A stretch of 64,000 nt of DNA, taken from positions 1 to 64,000 of the forward strand of contig JAEOUA010000002.1 of the NCBI GenBank assembly GCA_016839555.1. The letters run 5' to 3'. Below the pieces are notes generated by a model. That model had not been told where the DNA came from, ran no database searches, and worked only from the letters and a program-made list of their open reading frames with translations. Of this stretch, positions 9,812-19,571 are shown piece after piece. Source of the DNA: Promethearchaeota archaeon. GTDB lineage: Archaea; Asgardarchaeota; Lokiarchaeia; Sigyniarchaeales; SOKP01. The first letter of the stretch is position 1. Every line of letters starts with the position of its first letter. The position numbers and the translations under genes are program-made.

Positions 9812-10312
9812 ATGGGAAATATTAGACCGTGGTACTGGCCAAAAGATGGGCAACCTCACAGAACAGAACCATTTACATGGATAATAAAAGGAAAGTTGGC
9901 AGCAAGTTGGTGGCCCGATCCTTATGTATTTGATATTTACAATGAGCAAGGAATAAAAGCTATTGTGAATTGTTCTGAATTTGATAATAAACAAGATATT
10001 CCTTCTCAGTTCGATTATTATCACTTAAATATTCCTGATTTGGGGATTCCTACTAATTATCAGTTAGAACGATTTCTAAAGATATGTGAAAAGCATATTG
10101 CTAGAAAAGAGGCAATTGTTGTCCATTGTGTTGCGGGATGTGGCAGAACAGGTCAGCTAATCGTTGCATGGGGAGCATATAACGGAATAATTCCCAAAAA
10201 TATGGATCCCGTAAAATGGATTCGACAATATAGAAAATGCTCCTTAGAAACAAAAGAACAGATGGAAGTTGCCAGAAAAATTTTTGAAAAATATAGAACT
10301 TATGAACTATAG
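9812..10312 (+). CDS. Dual-specificity/PTP-family protein phosphatase
   Basis: CX5R motif VHCVAGCGRTG, IPD general-acid loop, ETKEQ motif. Confidence 0.9.
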   Translation: MGNIRPWYWPKDGQPHRTEPFTWIIKGKLAASWWPDPYVFDIYNEQGIKAIVNCSEFDNKQDIPSQFDYYHLNIPDLGIPTNYQLERFLKICEKHIARKEAIVVHCVAGCGRTGQLIVAWGAYNGIIPKNMDPVKWIRQYRKCSLETKEQMEVARKIFEKYRTYEL

Positions 10313-10402
10313 AAATTTATAGAATAAATTAGATTATATTAATTGAATAAGTAAATATATTTTTTATGGAATTACATAACTAAACATAAACTAAGGATTT
10401 GT

Positions 10403-11521
10403 ATGCAAAAATCTGATTATATTCAATTTATACTTGATAATATTAATGTGTTCAATTTAGATTTACCTAATACCATTCAGAATTCTGAAAATTTAAAAAG
10501 TAATTTGGAATCCCTAGATGAGAACGTTTTAAAAGCGATTGCGGGGTTTAATAAAAATATTTTAGACTATTTTTTAAAAATATTCTTGGAAAAAAGTCAA
10601 GAGGAAATCAGTAAATTAGTCAAAAAATTAGCAAAAATATCATATTTTATTAGGCCGACAGGCAATTTATCCTATTTATCGCCTAATCAAATAGTTTATG
10701 TTCTCGAAAAATTACCATCATTGGAAATGAATGACATAACCCCAGAAAAAATTAGTTTAATTGCTGATGAACAATTGGAGAAAGAATTCGGAGGTGCTCA
10801 AACTCAATATTCTAAAACTGAAGCTTTTGAGAACCAATTGGCTTCCGCAAGATATTACCTTTCAAGAATTGGTTATAAGAAGCAAGAAATTGATATAAAA
10901 ATTGAGGAAGTAAGTAAAGATCCCTCAAAATTGGATGAGTTATTTACTTTAGAAGTAAAAGAAATATATAATATACCAGAAGAACTTCAAGGAGACGAGC
11001 CAGAAGTAGAACAAAGAATTATAGAGCATCATATCCAATCAATCCAACAGGATATAAATAACGAAAGGGCTGAAAAAGTAGCAGAAATCCTTACTAATAT
11101 CAAGGCAGAGGTTGGAGATAAATTACCCGAAAATTATATACGAGTTTTTAAACAGATGCATCCCGATCGACTGAATAGAGCTTATAAGTTCTTAAAAGAA
11201 AGCAAAAGAAATGATAAACGAAAAGAACTTTATCTCGAATGGTTTTTCTCTAGCCATTTATTGGAAAATATTGAATTGAAAGTAGAGCATTGGCAAGTCT
11301 CTTCAAGATCTTCTCATGAGAACGTAGGAGTGTATACTGCGGGTGTTTCCTTTTCTAGATATGATAATATCATTAAGGAATTTTCGGATGATAAGTTAGC
11401 AAAAGTGCTTTCTATCGCTCGAAAGATTCTTAAAAAACCCTCGAAAAAACGAATTCAAAAATTAGGGCAGGATTTAATTGCTGAAACTGGCTTCGATGAG
11501 CATCTCTATTTCACGGATTAG
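10403..11521 (+). CDS. Hypothetical soluble helical protein
   Basis: 372-aa ORF with AGGA RBS; no recognised motif. Confidence 0.75.
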   Translation: MQKSDYIQFILDNINVFNLDLPNTIQNSENLKSNLESLDENVLKAIAGFNKNILDYFLKIFLEKSQEEISKLVKKLAKISYFIRPTGNLSYLSPNQIVYVLEKLPSLEMNDITPEKISLIADEQLEKEFGGAQTQYSKTEAFENQLASARYYLSRIGYKKQEIDIKIEEVSKDPSKLDELFTLEVKEIYNIPEELQGDEPEVEQRIIEHHIQSIQQDINNERAEKVAEILTNIKAEVGDKLPENYIRVFKQMHPDRLNRAYKFLKESKRNDKRKELYLEWFFSSHLLENIELKVEHWQVSSRSSHENVGVYTAGVSFSRYDNIIKEFSDDKLAKVLSIARKILKKPSKKRIQKLGQDLIAETGFDEHLYFTD

Positions 11522-11846
11522 ATATTTAAATTTTATTAACCCTTTTTATTTCGATAATCTTAAATTAAATAACAAGAAGAAAAAATTATTACTTAACCTT
11601 GTTTAAATTTTATTTTGCTAGTTCTGCTGATATAATTTTTTACGTAAATTATGTTCTTTCAATAAGTTTTTAATATCTTAATAAAAAGAAATCATCTAAC
11701 ATTTTGATTTCTAAAATTAGCAGAAATAATCTTATAGATTACTATTTATCGGCATCCTAATAAAACTTATCAAAAAAAAATATTTATAAATAAAAGTGAT
11801 CTATAATATAAATTAAAATATAATAAATAAAATATAATTTAGAGGA

Positions 11847-12530
11847 TTGATAATTATGCTATTTGTATCTGATTATGATTTTCCAGAACCTATTCGATCG
11901 ATTTTACTAATTTTAAAATTAATCACCGGAATAGGCTTAGTAATTATTGCAATTATTTCGTATTTATATGTTAGAGACACTCCTAGTGATGAAAAAAGTA
12001 AGAATTATCTCATGGGAATCTCCATGTTTTTCTTAATACTGGCATGTTCCAAGGCTGTTTATTTCTATCATGATTTTTTTGCCCTAGATGAATGGGATAC
12101 TGTGCTTTCGAGAATTGCTGACTCGATTTTCCTAATTGGATTCGTTATTTTTACGTATATGATAGAGAGGCATGTTTTCAAGAAGTCGAAATATGTTTTT
12201 ACGATAATAGGAGCTCTCATTCTGGTACTATATATTATTATATGGGTTCCATTAATCTCAACAATAATACTTTATATTGGATTGATAATAATGATAACAT
12301 TACCTCTAATCATACATATATTTATTGCAGTAAAGGGTTCTGGAGATGTTAAAAAAAGAGCTCTAATAATTACCCTTGGAATTGTAATTTTGATGTTTAG
12401 TTCATTCGGGCTATTTCTATTTAAATTACTTGGATTAATGTCTAATGATCTGAGTCTTTTAATTGGTCCTCCTATTGAATTAACAGGCTATATAGTTCTT
12501 GCTTATGGACTTATAACAATGGTTTATTAA
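11847..12530 (+). CDS. Seven-TM membrane protein of unknown function
   Basis: About seven hydrophobic helices; GAGGA RBS. Confidence 0.75.
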   Translation: MIIMLFVSDYDFPEPIRSILLILKLITGIGLVIIAIISYLYVRDTPSDEKSKNYLMGISMFFLILACSKAVYFYHDFFALDEWDTVLSRIADSIFLIGFVIFTYMIERHVFKKSKYVFTIIGALILVLYIIIWVPLISTIILYIGLIIMITLPLIIHIFIAVKGSGDVKKRALIITLGIVILMFSSFGLFLFKLLGLMSNDLSLLIGPPIELTGYIVLAYGLITMVY

Positions 12531-12562
12531 ATTTTCTCTGTTTAAGAAGATGTAAGAGTTTA

Positions 12563-12688
12563 TTATCTTCTTATTTTAGGAATCCATTTAGGGACGTTCT
12601 TTTTATAGGTTCTGTAGTCTTCTCCGAAAAGCTCTTCCAAAATTTGTACTTCTCTATTAACCATCCAATTATAGGTAAAAATTTTATC
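12563..12688 (-). pseudogene. 3' remnant of an ICMT/PEMT-family membrane methyltransferase
   Basis: Reads FTYNWMVNREVQILEELFGEDYRTYKKNVPKWIPKIRR*, matching the family C-terminal EExxLxxxFGxxYxxYKxxVPxWIP (compare gene 18940-19476). Confidence 0.75.
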
Positions 12689-13087
12689 TTATTCCCAGTT
12701 TTGTAAAGATATTTGAGGAATTCGTTCATAATGACCTATATTTCTGGTATAGATAGTTTCCTTATTATTAATGGCTATACTTGCTATTAATTCGTCAAAG
12801 TCGCCAATTGATTCACCTTTTTTCCTTAATTTTGATGATATTTTTGCGTATATTTTTGCATCTGATATTGTAAAATCAATGATTGAAATACTATGTAAGA
12901 AATTTTCTATTTGTTTAAGATTTTCTTCAATTTTTGAGGAAAGATAAGCCCCTTTGTACAATTCTGCTACATTGAAAATAGTAGTTTTTATTATTGATTG
13001 TTCTTCAACTAGCTTCTCTATAACTTTAACTGCTTTTGGAATATTTCGAAAATAAGCGATAATTATATCACTATCTAAAATTGGCAT
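12689..13087 (-). CDS. vapC: VapC PIN-domain toxin
   Basis: ILDSDIII, AELYKG, IGDFDELIASIA, TRN..HYERIP. Confidence 0.9.
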   Translation of the reverse strand: MPILDSDIIIAYFRNIPKAVKVIEKLVEEQSIIKTTIFNVAELYKGAYLSSKIEENLKQIENFLHSISIIDFTISDAKIYAKISSKLRKKGESIGDFDELIASIAINNKETIYTRNIGHYERIPQISLQNWE

Positions 13088-13108
13088 ATTACATCTTTTT
13101 CCTTCTGA

Positions 13109-13348
13109 TTAAAAATTAAATGATCTTTCACTCGATTGTCTTAGACGATCATCATACAGAGTTTTTTCAATTTGTTCCCATTCTTCCGAAGAATTTTGAA
13201 AAATACCTGCAAATTCTTTTATTGATTTCTTATTTTTCTTCTTCTTAATTAAACGAGAAATAAAATCAGAAACAGATTCATTTTTTTTTTTTAACTCTAA
13301 TAGTTGGTTATAAATATGTTCTGGTATATCAATTGTTCGATGAGTCAT
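13109..13348 (-). CDS. vapB: VapB antitoxin (archaeal DUF217-like)
   Basis: RTIDIPEHIYNQLLELKKKNESVSDFISRL; lies immediately upstream of vapC. Confidence 0.85.
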   Translation of the reverse strand: MTHRTIDIPEHIYNQLLELKKKNESVSDFISRLIKKKKNKKSIKEFAGIFQNSSEEWEQIEKTLYDDRLRQSSERSFNF

Positions 13349-13523
13349 ATTTAATTAAAAGTAATTTAGATATATATTCTTTTATAAGGGATACATACAA
13401 TTCTCTGTAGTTTGAAAAAAATCTGCATATAGAGTATATAATCTCATTTTTTTTATTAATCAATTAGGCTCTGCCTTGTTTTATCTTTCAAACGTTTTCT
13501 TGCTTAAAAAACGTTAATTCTCC

Positions 13524-15146
13524 TCACTTCAGTTTCTTACGAAACACAGATTTTCCTCTAATTATGGTTTCCAAAATTGAGATTGTGTTCAAATCTTCTT
13601 TAGGAATCTCAAGAGGATTTTTATCCAAGATTACGAGATCCGCGAACTTGCCTGGTTTGATCGACCCCTTTATATTCTCCTCAAATGCAGCATATGCTCC
13701 GTTAATGGTATATGTTTTTAAAGCCTCCTTCACGGAAATACCCTGTTCAGGTGCGATTCCATATCGATTAACAAGCGCATAAATCCCATTAATAACATCC
13801 GGTTCTTCAACAGGGCAATCAGATCCTGCTGCAATAACTATTCCATTATCTACTAAAGTTTTATATGGATACGCATAGTGAATTCTTTCTTTTCCAATCC
13901 TCTTCTCCAACCATGTAGCTTCAGAAGTCATAAAGGGAGGTTGGCAGGAAACAATTAATCCTAACTCCTTTATATCCTCTACAACATCATCTTTTAATAA
14001 GGATGCATGTTCAATCCGATGCCGATGATCTTTACGAGGGCTTTCATTTAATAATTTTTTATATAAATCTACCAATAAACGATTTCCCTTATCTCCAATA
14101 GCATGAACTCCAATTTGAAATCCATTATCATGGGCAATTTTCATTTGATTATAAAGTCTATCCAAATCTACTACACAAAATCCACACTTTTCTGGCTGAT
14201 CTGAAAATGGCTCATACATGCACGCAGTAGCAGCACCAAAAGTCCCATCGATGAATAATTTTAAACAATTTACTTTAAATTTCGCTTCAGGATTTTCATA
14301 ATGAAGTGGGGGTTTTTTTAATATCTTCAATTTGTTTGGTTTTTCAGTGAATATCAATGTGTACCAATTTTGTAAAATCTTATCTTGTATAGCACGATAA
14401 ATAGGAATTTCAATAGCCCCGACACTTCCAAACTCCCCACCTTTATCAGCATGAACAATTCCGTGAAGAGATGTCAATCCTTTTTCCGCGAAATTTTTAA
14501 AAACTTTTTCCGCTGCTATATTAAATTCTTCGGGACTTGGAAGGGAATATTGTGATAATCCTAATCCAATAGCATGTTCTGAAAGAACTCCCGTTATCTC
14601 TCCTTTCTCATTTTTTCTTATTTCTCCGCCTTCCGGAGCTTTCGTATTTTCATCTATTCCCGCTAGTTCCAATCCTTTAGAATTTAAGATGCCAATATGC
14701 CCATCGTATCTTAAAATAAATAAAGGAATATCTGGAACGGCCTCATCCAAATCCCATCTGGTAGGTAATTTTGGATTGTCAAATTTTTCTTCCATTAGCT
14801 TTAATCCTAACAGTAATTCATCGGGCTTTTTATCCTTAGCTGCCTCTTTTAAAACTTCTTTTAACTCTTCTAAGCTTGTAATCTTTGAAAGATCGGGATT
14901 GATTAGAAAAAATAAATACATCACAGGATGAAGATGAGAATCAATAAATCCGGGTAAAAGAGTTTTTCCCTCTAAATCAATTAATTGGTACTGATTGCCC
15001 ATTTTTTCTTTAACCGTTTTTAAATCTCCGACCGCTAAAATTTTATCATCATTTATGCCAATTGCTTCTGGATCTGGATAATCTTCTTCCAGAGTTATTA
15101 TAACTCCATTATAATAAATAGTTTTATTATTATTCTCTCTTTCCAT
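13524..15146 (-). CDS. YtcJ-like metal-dependent amidohydrolase (Amidohydro_3)
   Basis: LPGFIDSHLH, KLFIDG, HAIGD, RIEHAS, GSDCP, GSIKPGKFADLVIL. Confidence 0.92.
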   Translation of the reverse strand: MERENNNKTIYYNGVIITLEEDYPDPEAIGINDDKILAVGDLKTVKEKMGNQYQLIDLEGKTLLPGFIDSHLHPVMYLFFLINPDLSKITSLEELKEVLKEAAKDKKPDELLLGLKLMEEKFDNPKLPTRWDLDEAVPDIPLFILRYDGHIGILNSKGLELAGIDENTKAPEGGEIRKNEKGEITGVLSEHAIGLGLSQYSLPSPEEFNIAAEKVFKNFAEKGLTSLHGIVHADKGGEFGSVGAIEIPIYRAIQDKILQNWYTLIFTEKPNKLKILKKPPLHYENPEAKFKVNCLKLFIDGTFGAATACMYEPFSDQPEKCGFCVVDLDRLYNQMKIAHDNGFQIGVHAIGDKGNRLLVDLYKKLLNESPRKDHRHRIEHASLLKDDVVEDIKELGLIVSCQPPFMTSEATWLEKRIGKERIHYAYPYKTLVDNGIVIAAGSDCPVEEPDVINGIYALVNRYGIAPEQGISVKEALKTYTINGAYAAFEENIKGSIKPGKFADLVILDKNPLEIPKEDLNTISILETIIRGKSVFRKKLK

Positions 15147-15292
15147 ATTATTATACCTTAAAAATATTAATTATCACTTAATCAAGTTAAATTATTTCTG
15201 ATTTTAAATAATTTTTTTTAATAAATTCATTTAATTAATAACCCTCAAATCCATCAAAAATTGACGATTTCAATATAGAATGATTCAAAATA

Positions 15293-15772
15293 TCACAAAA
15301 CAATCCAATCATGAAGAGGATTAACTATTTTTGTATTTAATGACTGAAATGAAGCATTAAGAAAATGTTTATCACATGTATATAAAATATCTACATTTTC
15401 AACGAAAGGAAGGACACAAAGAAAATCCCAAATATGAATAGAACTCTGAGCACTTAAATTCATAGCTTTTATAATGTGATTTCTTTCAATAATAAACCAG
15501 GTGATAAATTTGCTGGTAAGGAGCTTTGAACAGAAGGTATCCACTTGATGTATAGACATTTTTTTCCCCCTAAATCCTAACACATGAAAAATTTCAGATA
15601 ATTGATGAAAAGTCATATAAATTTGACTTTTTTGGATTTGTTCTTTTAAAAAATTATCAGATTCAGTGTGAAATTTTAATGCATCAGCAAATTCTTTCTT
15701 AGAAGAGAAATTTTCGATACTTGGTTTTTTAAGAGAGAAACTCCATATTTCAGTATCGATAAATACATTCAT
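15293..15772 (-). CDS. PIN-domain protein (VapC-like)
   Basis: VFIDTE, SEIFHVL, IHIWD, YTCDKHF. Confidence 0.8.
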   Translation of the reverse strand: MNVFIDTEIWSFSLKKPSIENFSSKKEFADALKFHTESDNFLKEQIQKSQIYMTFHQLSEIFHVLGFRGKKMSIHQVDTFCSKLLTSKFITWFIIERNHIIKAMNLSAQSSIHIWDFLCVLPFVENVDILYTCDKHFLNASFQSLNTKIVNPLHDWIVL

Positions 15773-15775
15773 ATT

Positions 15776-16054
15776 TTATTTTCCCCCAATATCATCATAA
15801 TCATATTCCTTAAAATCATTAGGACCTGCTCCTTCAACTTTTTTTTGTAATAATGAAAGAACAGTTTCCCTATCACTTTGAATCTCTAATGAATCAAATT
15901 CTTTATCTTTTCTTTTTTTATGCTCATTTAGAACATAAAGAATAGCATCCTCAAGAGTTACTCTTCTTTCTTTTTCTTGGGTTAATTTTCCAGCAAGCTT
16001 ATGAAGTTTTTTAAGTGTTTTTTTTGAAACTTTAATAGTTGTATAATTTCCCAT
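15776..16054 (-). CDS. Putative RHH-type antitoxin
   Basis: YTTIKVSKKTLKKL...VTLEDAI with acidic tail; 3 nt upstream of the PIN gene. Confidence 0.75.
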   Translation of the reverse strand: MGNYTTIKVSKKTLKKLHKLAGKLTQEKERRVTLEDAILYVLNEHKKRKDKEFDSLEIQSDRETVLSLLQKKVEGAGPNDFKEYDYDDIGGK

Positions 16055-16240
16055 AATAAATAATAAGTATAGATTGTATATAAAGTATACTATATATATT
16101 TTTAATCAAATCTTATAAAATGTAAATTAAAAATTATAATTTAACTCATATTCATCTCTATATTTTTTTATGGTTTTTAATCGTAATTTTTTAGTATTAT
16201 TCATAATTGTTTAAAAAAAGAAATATAGAAATAAAAAAAT

Positions 16241-17638
16241 TTAAAGATTTAATTGCTCTAATAAAATTTTATTCTTCTCCACTTTTTCTGGCTTTAAATC
16301 ATACACCTTCCACATCAAAATAAAACCAATGAAATAAAAAAGTGCTGGAACAGCGAACATTCCTATATTTATTCCCCATTGGGCTAATAATGTTTGAGTA
16401 GCTGCTCTAGGGTCAAAAAAGGTGAGAAAATGAACAATACCGAAGGTCAAGGCTTGCACAACAATTGAAATCCTTCCAATAAATGTTCTAAAACCATAAT
16501 AGATACCCTCTTCCCGTTGTTTCGTTGTAATTACAATTTCATCGATTACATCAGAAAAGGTTGGATAAATTAACGTCCAGGTTGCTCCCATGCAAAACCC
16601 AATTAATGCAAATCCAATAAGGATATAGGGGAAATGCCATATTAGCATCGTTATAATTAATGATGTCCCGGTACCTAAAGTTCCGCACATATAACCAACT
16701 CGATTTCCATATTTACGACTCACTTTAATCCATAATGGTGCTGATGATACACTCGCCAATAAAAATACTAATAAAATGATTGTTTCATAAAAAGGCTCAA
16801 TATTAACGACATATTGCATCCAATATGGAATGGATGCTAACATCAACATCATTACGGTTGTTTGCGCTAAATATGCAATTAAATAAGCTATGTAATTTTT
16901 TTGCTTCAGAGCTGCTAATAATTTTTGAAAATAATTTTGTGGTATTCCAGAATCATCTTTTACTCTAAAAGTACGATCAATCATCTCTCTTGGCTCTTTC
17001 ATCCCATATACCATTAAAATTGAAATGATAATTAAGGTGATAGAAACAATCTCTCCGACAGTAAAATATGAACCTTTATTTGTCCCCGGAGTCCCTTCGG
17101 TTATCAGCAAGGTGGGCAATAGCGTTCCAAGAGCTAATCCGAATAAAGAACAAAGGATTTGAATGCCACCGACTTTGGTTCTTTCTTTTTGTGAGCGAAA
17201 TTTATCCGGAAAAAGCGATTGCCAATTGATTATGGTGAAAGAAAATAATGTATCAAGAACACATAAGGATAAAAGCAACCAAAGAAAGGTAATAAGCGGA
17301 TTTACTGTAGGAGGAATAAAAATTATAGCAAATATGATGGAACACGGGATACTTGTGAAAAGAAACCAAGTAAATCTTTTACCCCTTTTTCTCATAAAAC
17401 CTATATTTTTATTGGAAATATGTCCCACAATAGGATCATTTATCATATTCCAAAATCCATATAACACAACGCCAAGAGATATATAAAATACCGGCAAGAA
17501 GACTTCTGTTTCATAAAATTTAAATACCATAAAGCTTAATACTGTGGCGAGAAAATCATCAAAAAAGCTGCCTAATGAATATGAGAAATGAGTTTTATTC
17601 CCATATCTAAATTCTTGCGATTTATTTTTATTATTCAC
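16241..17638 (-). CDS. MFS transporter, GPH (MelB-like) family
   Basis: WNMINDPIVG, LFPDKF..KER, SDVIDE, REEGIYYG; about 12 TM. Confidence 0.9.
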   Translation of the reverse strand: MNNKNKSQEFRYGNKTHFSYSLGSFFDDFLATVLSFMVFKFYETEVFLPVFYISLGVVLYGFWNMINDPIVGHISNKNIGFMRKRGKRFTWFLFTSIPCSIIFAIIFIPPTVNPLITFLWLLLSLCVLDTLFSFTIINWQSLFPDKFRSQKERTKVGGIQILCSLFGLALGTLLPTLLITEGTPGTNKGSYFTVGEIVSITLIIISILMVYGMKEPREMIDRTFRVKDDSGIPQNYFQKLLAALKQKNYIAYLIAYLAQTTVMMLMLASIPYWMQYVVNIEPFYETIILLVFLLASVSSAPLWIKVSRKYGNRVGYMCGTLGTGTSLIITMLIWHFPYILIGFALIGFCMGATWTLIYPTFSDVIDEIVITTKQREEGIYYGFRTFIGRISIVVQALTFGIVHFLTFFDPRAATQTLLAQWGINIGMFAVPALFYFIGFILMWKVYDLKPEKVEKNKILLEQLNL

Positions 17639-17689
17639 TCTAAAACCTCAACTCTTTCATAAGTAAGATAAATTTTCATTTTATAATTT

Positions 17690-18859
17690 TTAATGTTCAA
17701 TTACTATAGTTGAATCTGTGGAATATTTATCTAACGCTTTTTCATCAAGTTGAACACCCCATCCCGGTCCTTCAGGAACTTTTGCTTTCCCTCCGCTATA
17801 ATCTATCGGTTTTTTAATTAGGTCATTTTCCATCATTTCCATACCGAATAATTCAGTCGCATGATTAATTTGTGTGTATCTAGCGGAATGAAAATGAATA
17901 TGCATAGCCGAAGCGATTCCTAGAGGTTGATTATGTAATACGACACCTAATCCTTTAGCCTCGGCATAATCTATAGCTCTTAATGCTTTTGTCACACCTC
18001 CGGGGCGTTCTGAATTGATTCCTAATACTTCAACAGCGCCAAGTTCAACTAAAGTAATAAAATCTTTTAAAGAAAAATAGCCTTCGTGAGCCATCAAGGG
18101 TGTGTTAACCCGTTTTTGAACGTATCTCATCCCCAGATAATCATCCTTATTGACGGGTTGTTCAGCATAATCAATATCAAAAGGTTCTATAGCTCTTATT
18201 GCTTTAACAGCATTTACTGGGGTATACGCTTGATTATAATCAACTCTTAATCTAATATTATTTCCAAAGCTCTCTCGAATTTTTTTACAGATCTCCACAT
18301 CCTGCTTTATGCTATTCCCAAGTTTTAATCGAAAGGTTCGAAAACCTTTTTTCAAATAACTCCTTGCAATCCCTCGCATAAGCATAGGACTCCCTAATGG
18401 TATAAGTGCAGCTAATGGAATTTCATCTACATTTTTTCCTCCAATGAAATAACATGCCGGAAAACCGCTTATCTTGCCCATTAAATCATAACACGCCATA
18501 TCTAATAACCCTTTGGCAACCTCGCTCTGGGCAATATTAATATCCATTCTATGGTTAATTTTTTCAATATTAAATGGGTTTTCTCCTAATAGATAATTAG
18601 ATAATCCATTTTGAATGGAGTCAATTATTTGTATAGGAGAAACTCCACTTTCTGGAAGCCATACAAAAACCTCTCCTATTCCTTCATAGCCTTCATTGGT
18701 AAGCATTCGGATAATCACAAAATCTCCCCCTAACCAAGCTTCTTCTGCTTTTATTGCCATTCCTAAGCCCCCTTGACTTTCTCCCATTGCCTTTCTAACT
18801 GCCTCTTTAAATGGGACGTGGATTGGAGTCAGTTCAATTCTTTTTATTTTATTATTCAT
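17690..18859 (-). CDS. Enolase-superfamily enzyme (muconate lactonizing enzyme/dipeptide epimerase subgroup)
   Basis: DMACYDLMGK, FRLKLG, RVDYNQ, AEQP, MAHE, VPEGPGWGV. Confidence 0.88.
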   Translation of the reverse strand: MNNKIKRIELTPIHVPFKEAVRKAMGESQGGLGMAIKAEEAWLGGDFVIIRMLTNEGYEGIGEVFVWLPESGVSPIQIIDSIQNGLSNYLLGENPFNIEKINHRMDINIAQSEVAKGLLDMACYDLMGKISGFPACYFIGGKNVDEIPLAALIPLGSPMLMRGIARSYLKKGFRTFRLKLGNSIKQDVEICKKIRESFGNNIRLRVDYNQAYTPVNAVKAIRAIEPFDIDYAEQPVNKDDYLGMRYVQKRVNTPLMAHEGYFSLKDFITLVELGAVEVLGINSERPGGVTKALRAIDYAEAKGLGVVLHNQPLGIASAMHIHFHSARYTQINHATELFGMEMMENDLIKKPIDYSGGKAKVPEGPGWGVQLDEKALDKYSTDSTIVIEH

Positions 18860-18939
18860 AAAACTTAAGTCACCTATTTTTCTTAAATAAAATAATATCG
18901 ATATTATATAAAAGGATTAAGCATTCCTTTTAATTAACC

Positions 18940-19476
18940 TCAATTTGGCAAAGGAACATTTTCCCCCTCTAGCTTTTCATACGGTTTAAAATTAGGAATC
19001 CATCTCCTTACATTTTGTTTATATTCTATAAATTCACCATTGAATCTTTTTTCCATATATTTCTCCTCTCTAAGTGGAATATATATTACATTGATAAGAA
19101 AAAATATGAATGCATAAATTAGAATAATAAAAGAGTCAAAAATAAAACCTTCTGCTATAATCATTAGAATTACAGCATTAATCATTGGATTTCTAACATA
19201 TTTATATGGTCCTTTAATCACAAGATGTTTAGTTTCCAAATCCTTCAAGGGCATTAAAGTGCCTTTTCCAATTCTAATAAATAAAAGATTACAATAAATA
19301 AATAAGGTGAAACCACTAGAAAATAACACTATACCAGAAATGGCTAAAAAAAGCATGTTAGTAAATAGAGTAGAGATGGTTCTGCATTCTATGAAAAATA
19401 GTATGAATATAGGAATTAATCCCGCAAAAAAAGCAGGTAATAGTAAGGATTTAAGAAGTTTACCCAAAAAAGACAT
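18940..19476 (-). CDS. ICMT/PEMT-family membrane methyltransferase
   Basis: GKGTL.P, LVIKGPYKYVRNPM, EEKYMEKRF..EFIEYKQNVRRWIP. Confidence 0.88.
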   Translation of the reverse strand: MSFLGKLLKSLLLPAFFAGLIPIFILFFIECRTISTLFTNMLFLAISGIVLFSSGFTLFIYCNLLFIRIGKGTLMPLKDLETKHLVIKGPYKYVRNPMINAVILMIIAEGFIFDSFIILIYAFIFFLINVIYIPLREEKYMEKRFNGEFIEYKQNVRRWIPNFKPYEKLEGENVPLPN

Positions 19477-19571
19477 GAGAATATAAATAATTATCTCTAT
19501 TTTAACTTTTATTATAATAAGATGGTATATTTTTACTATTTTTAACTTAAAAAAGAATAAAGGAAAAAAAT

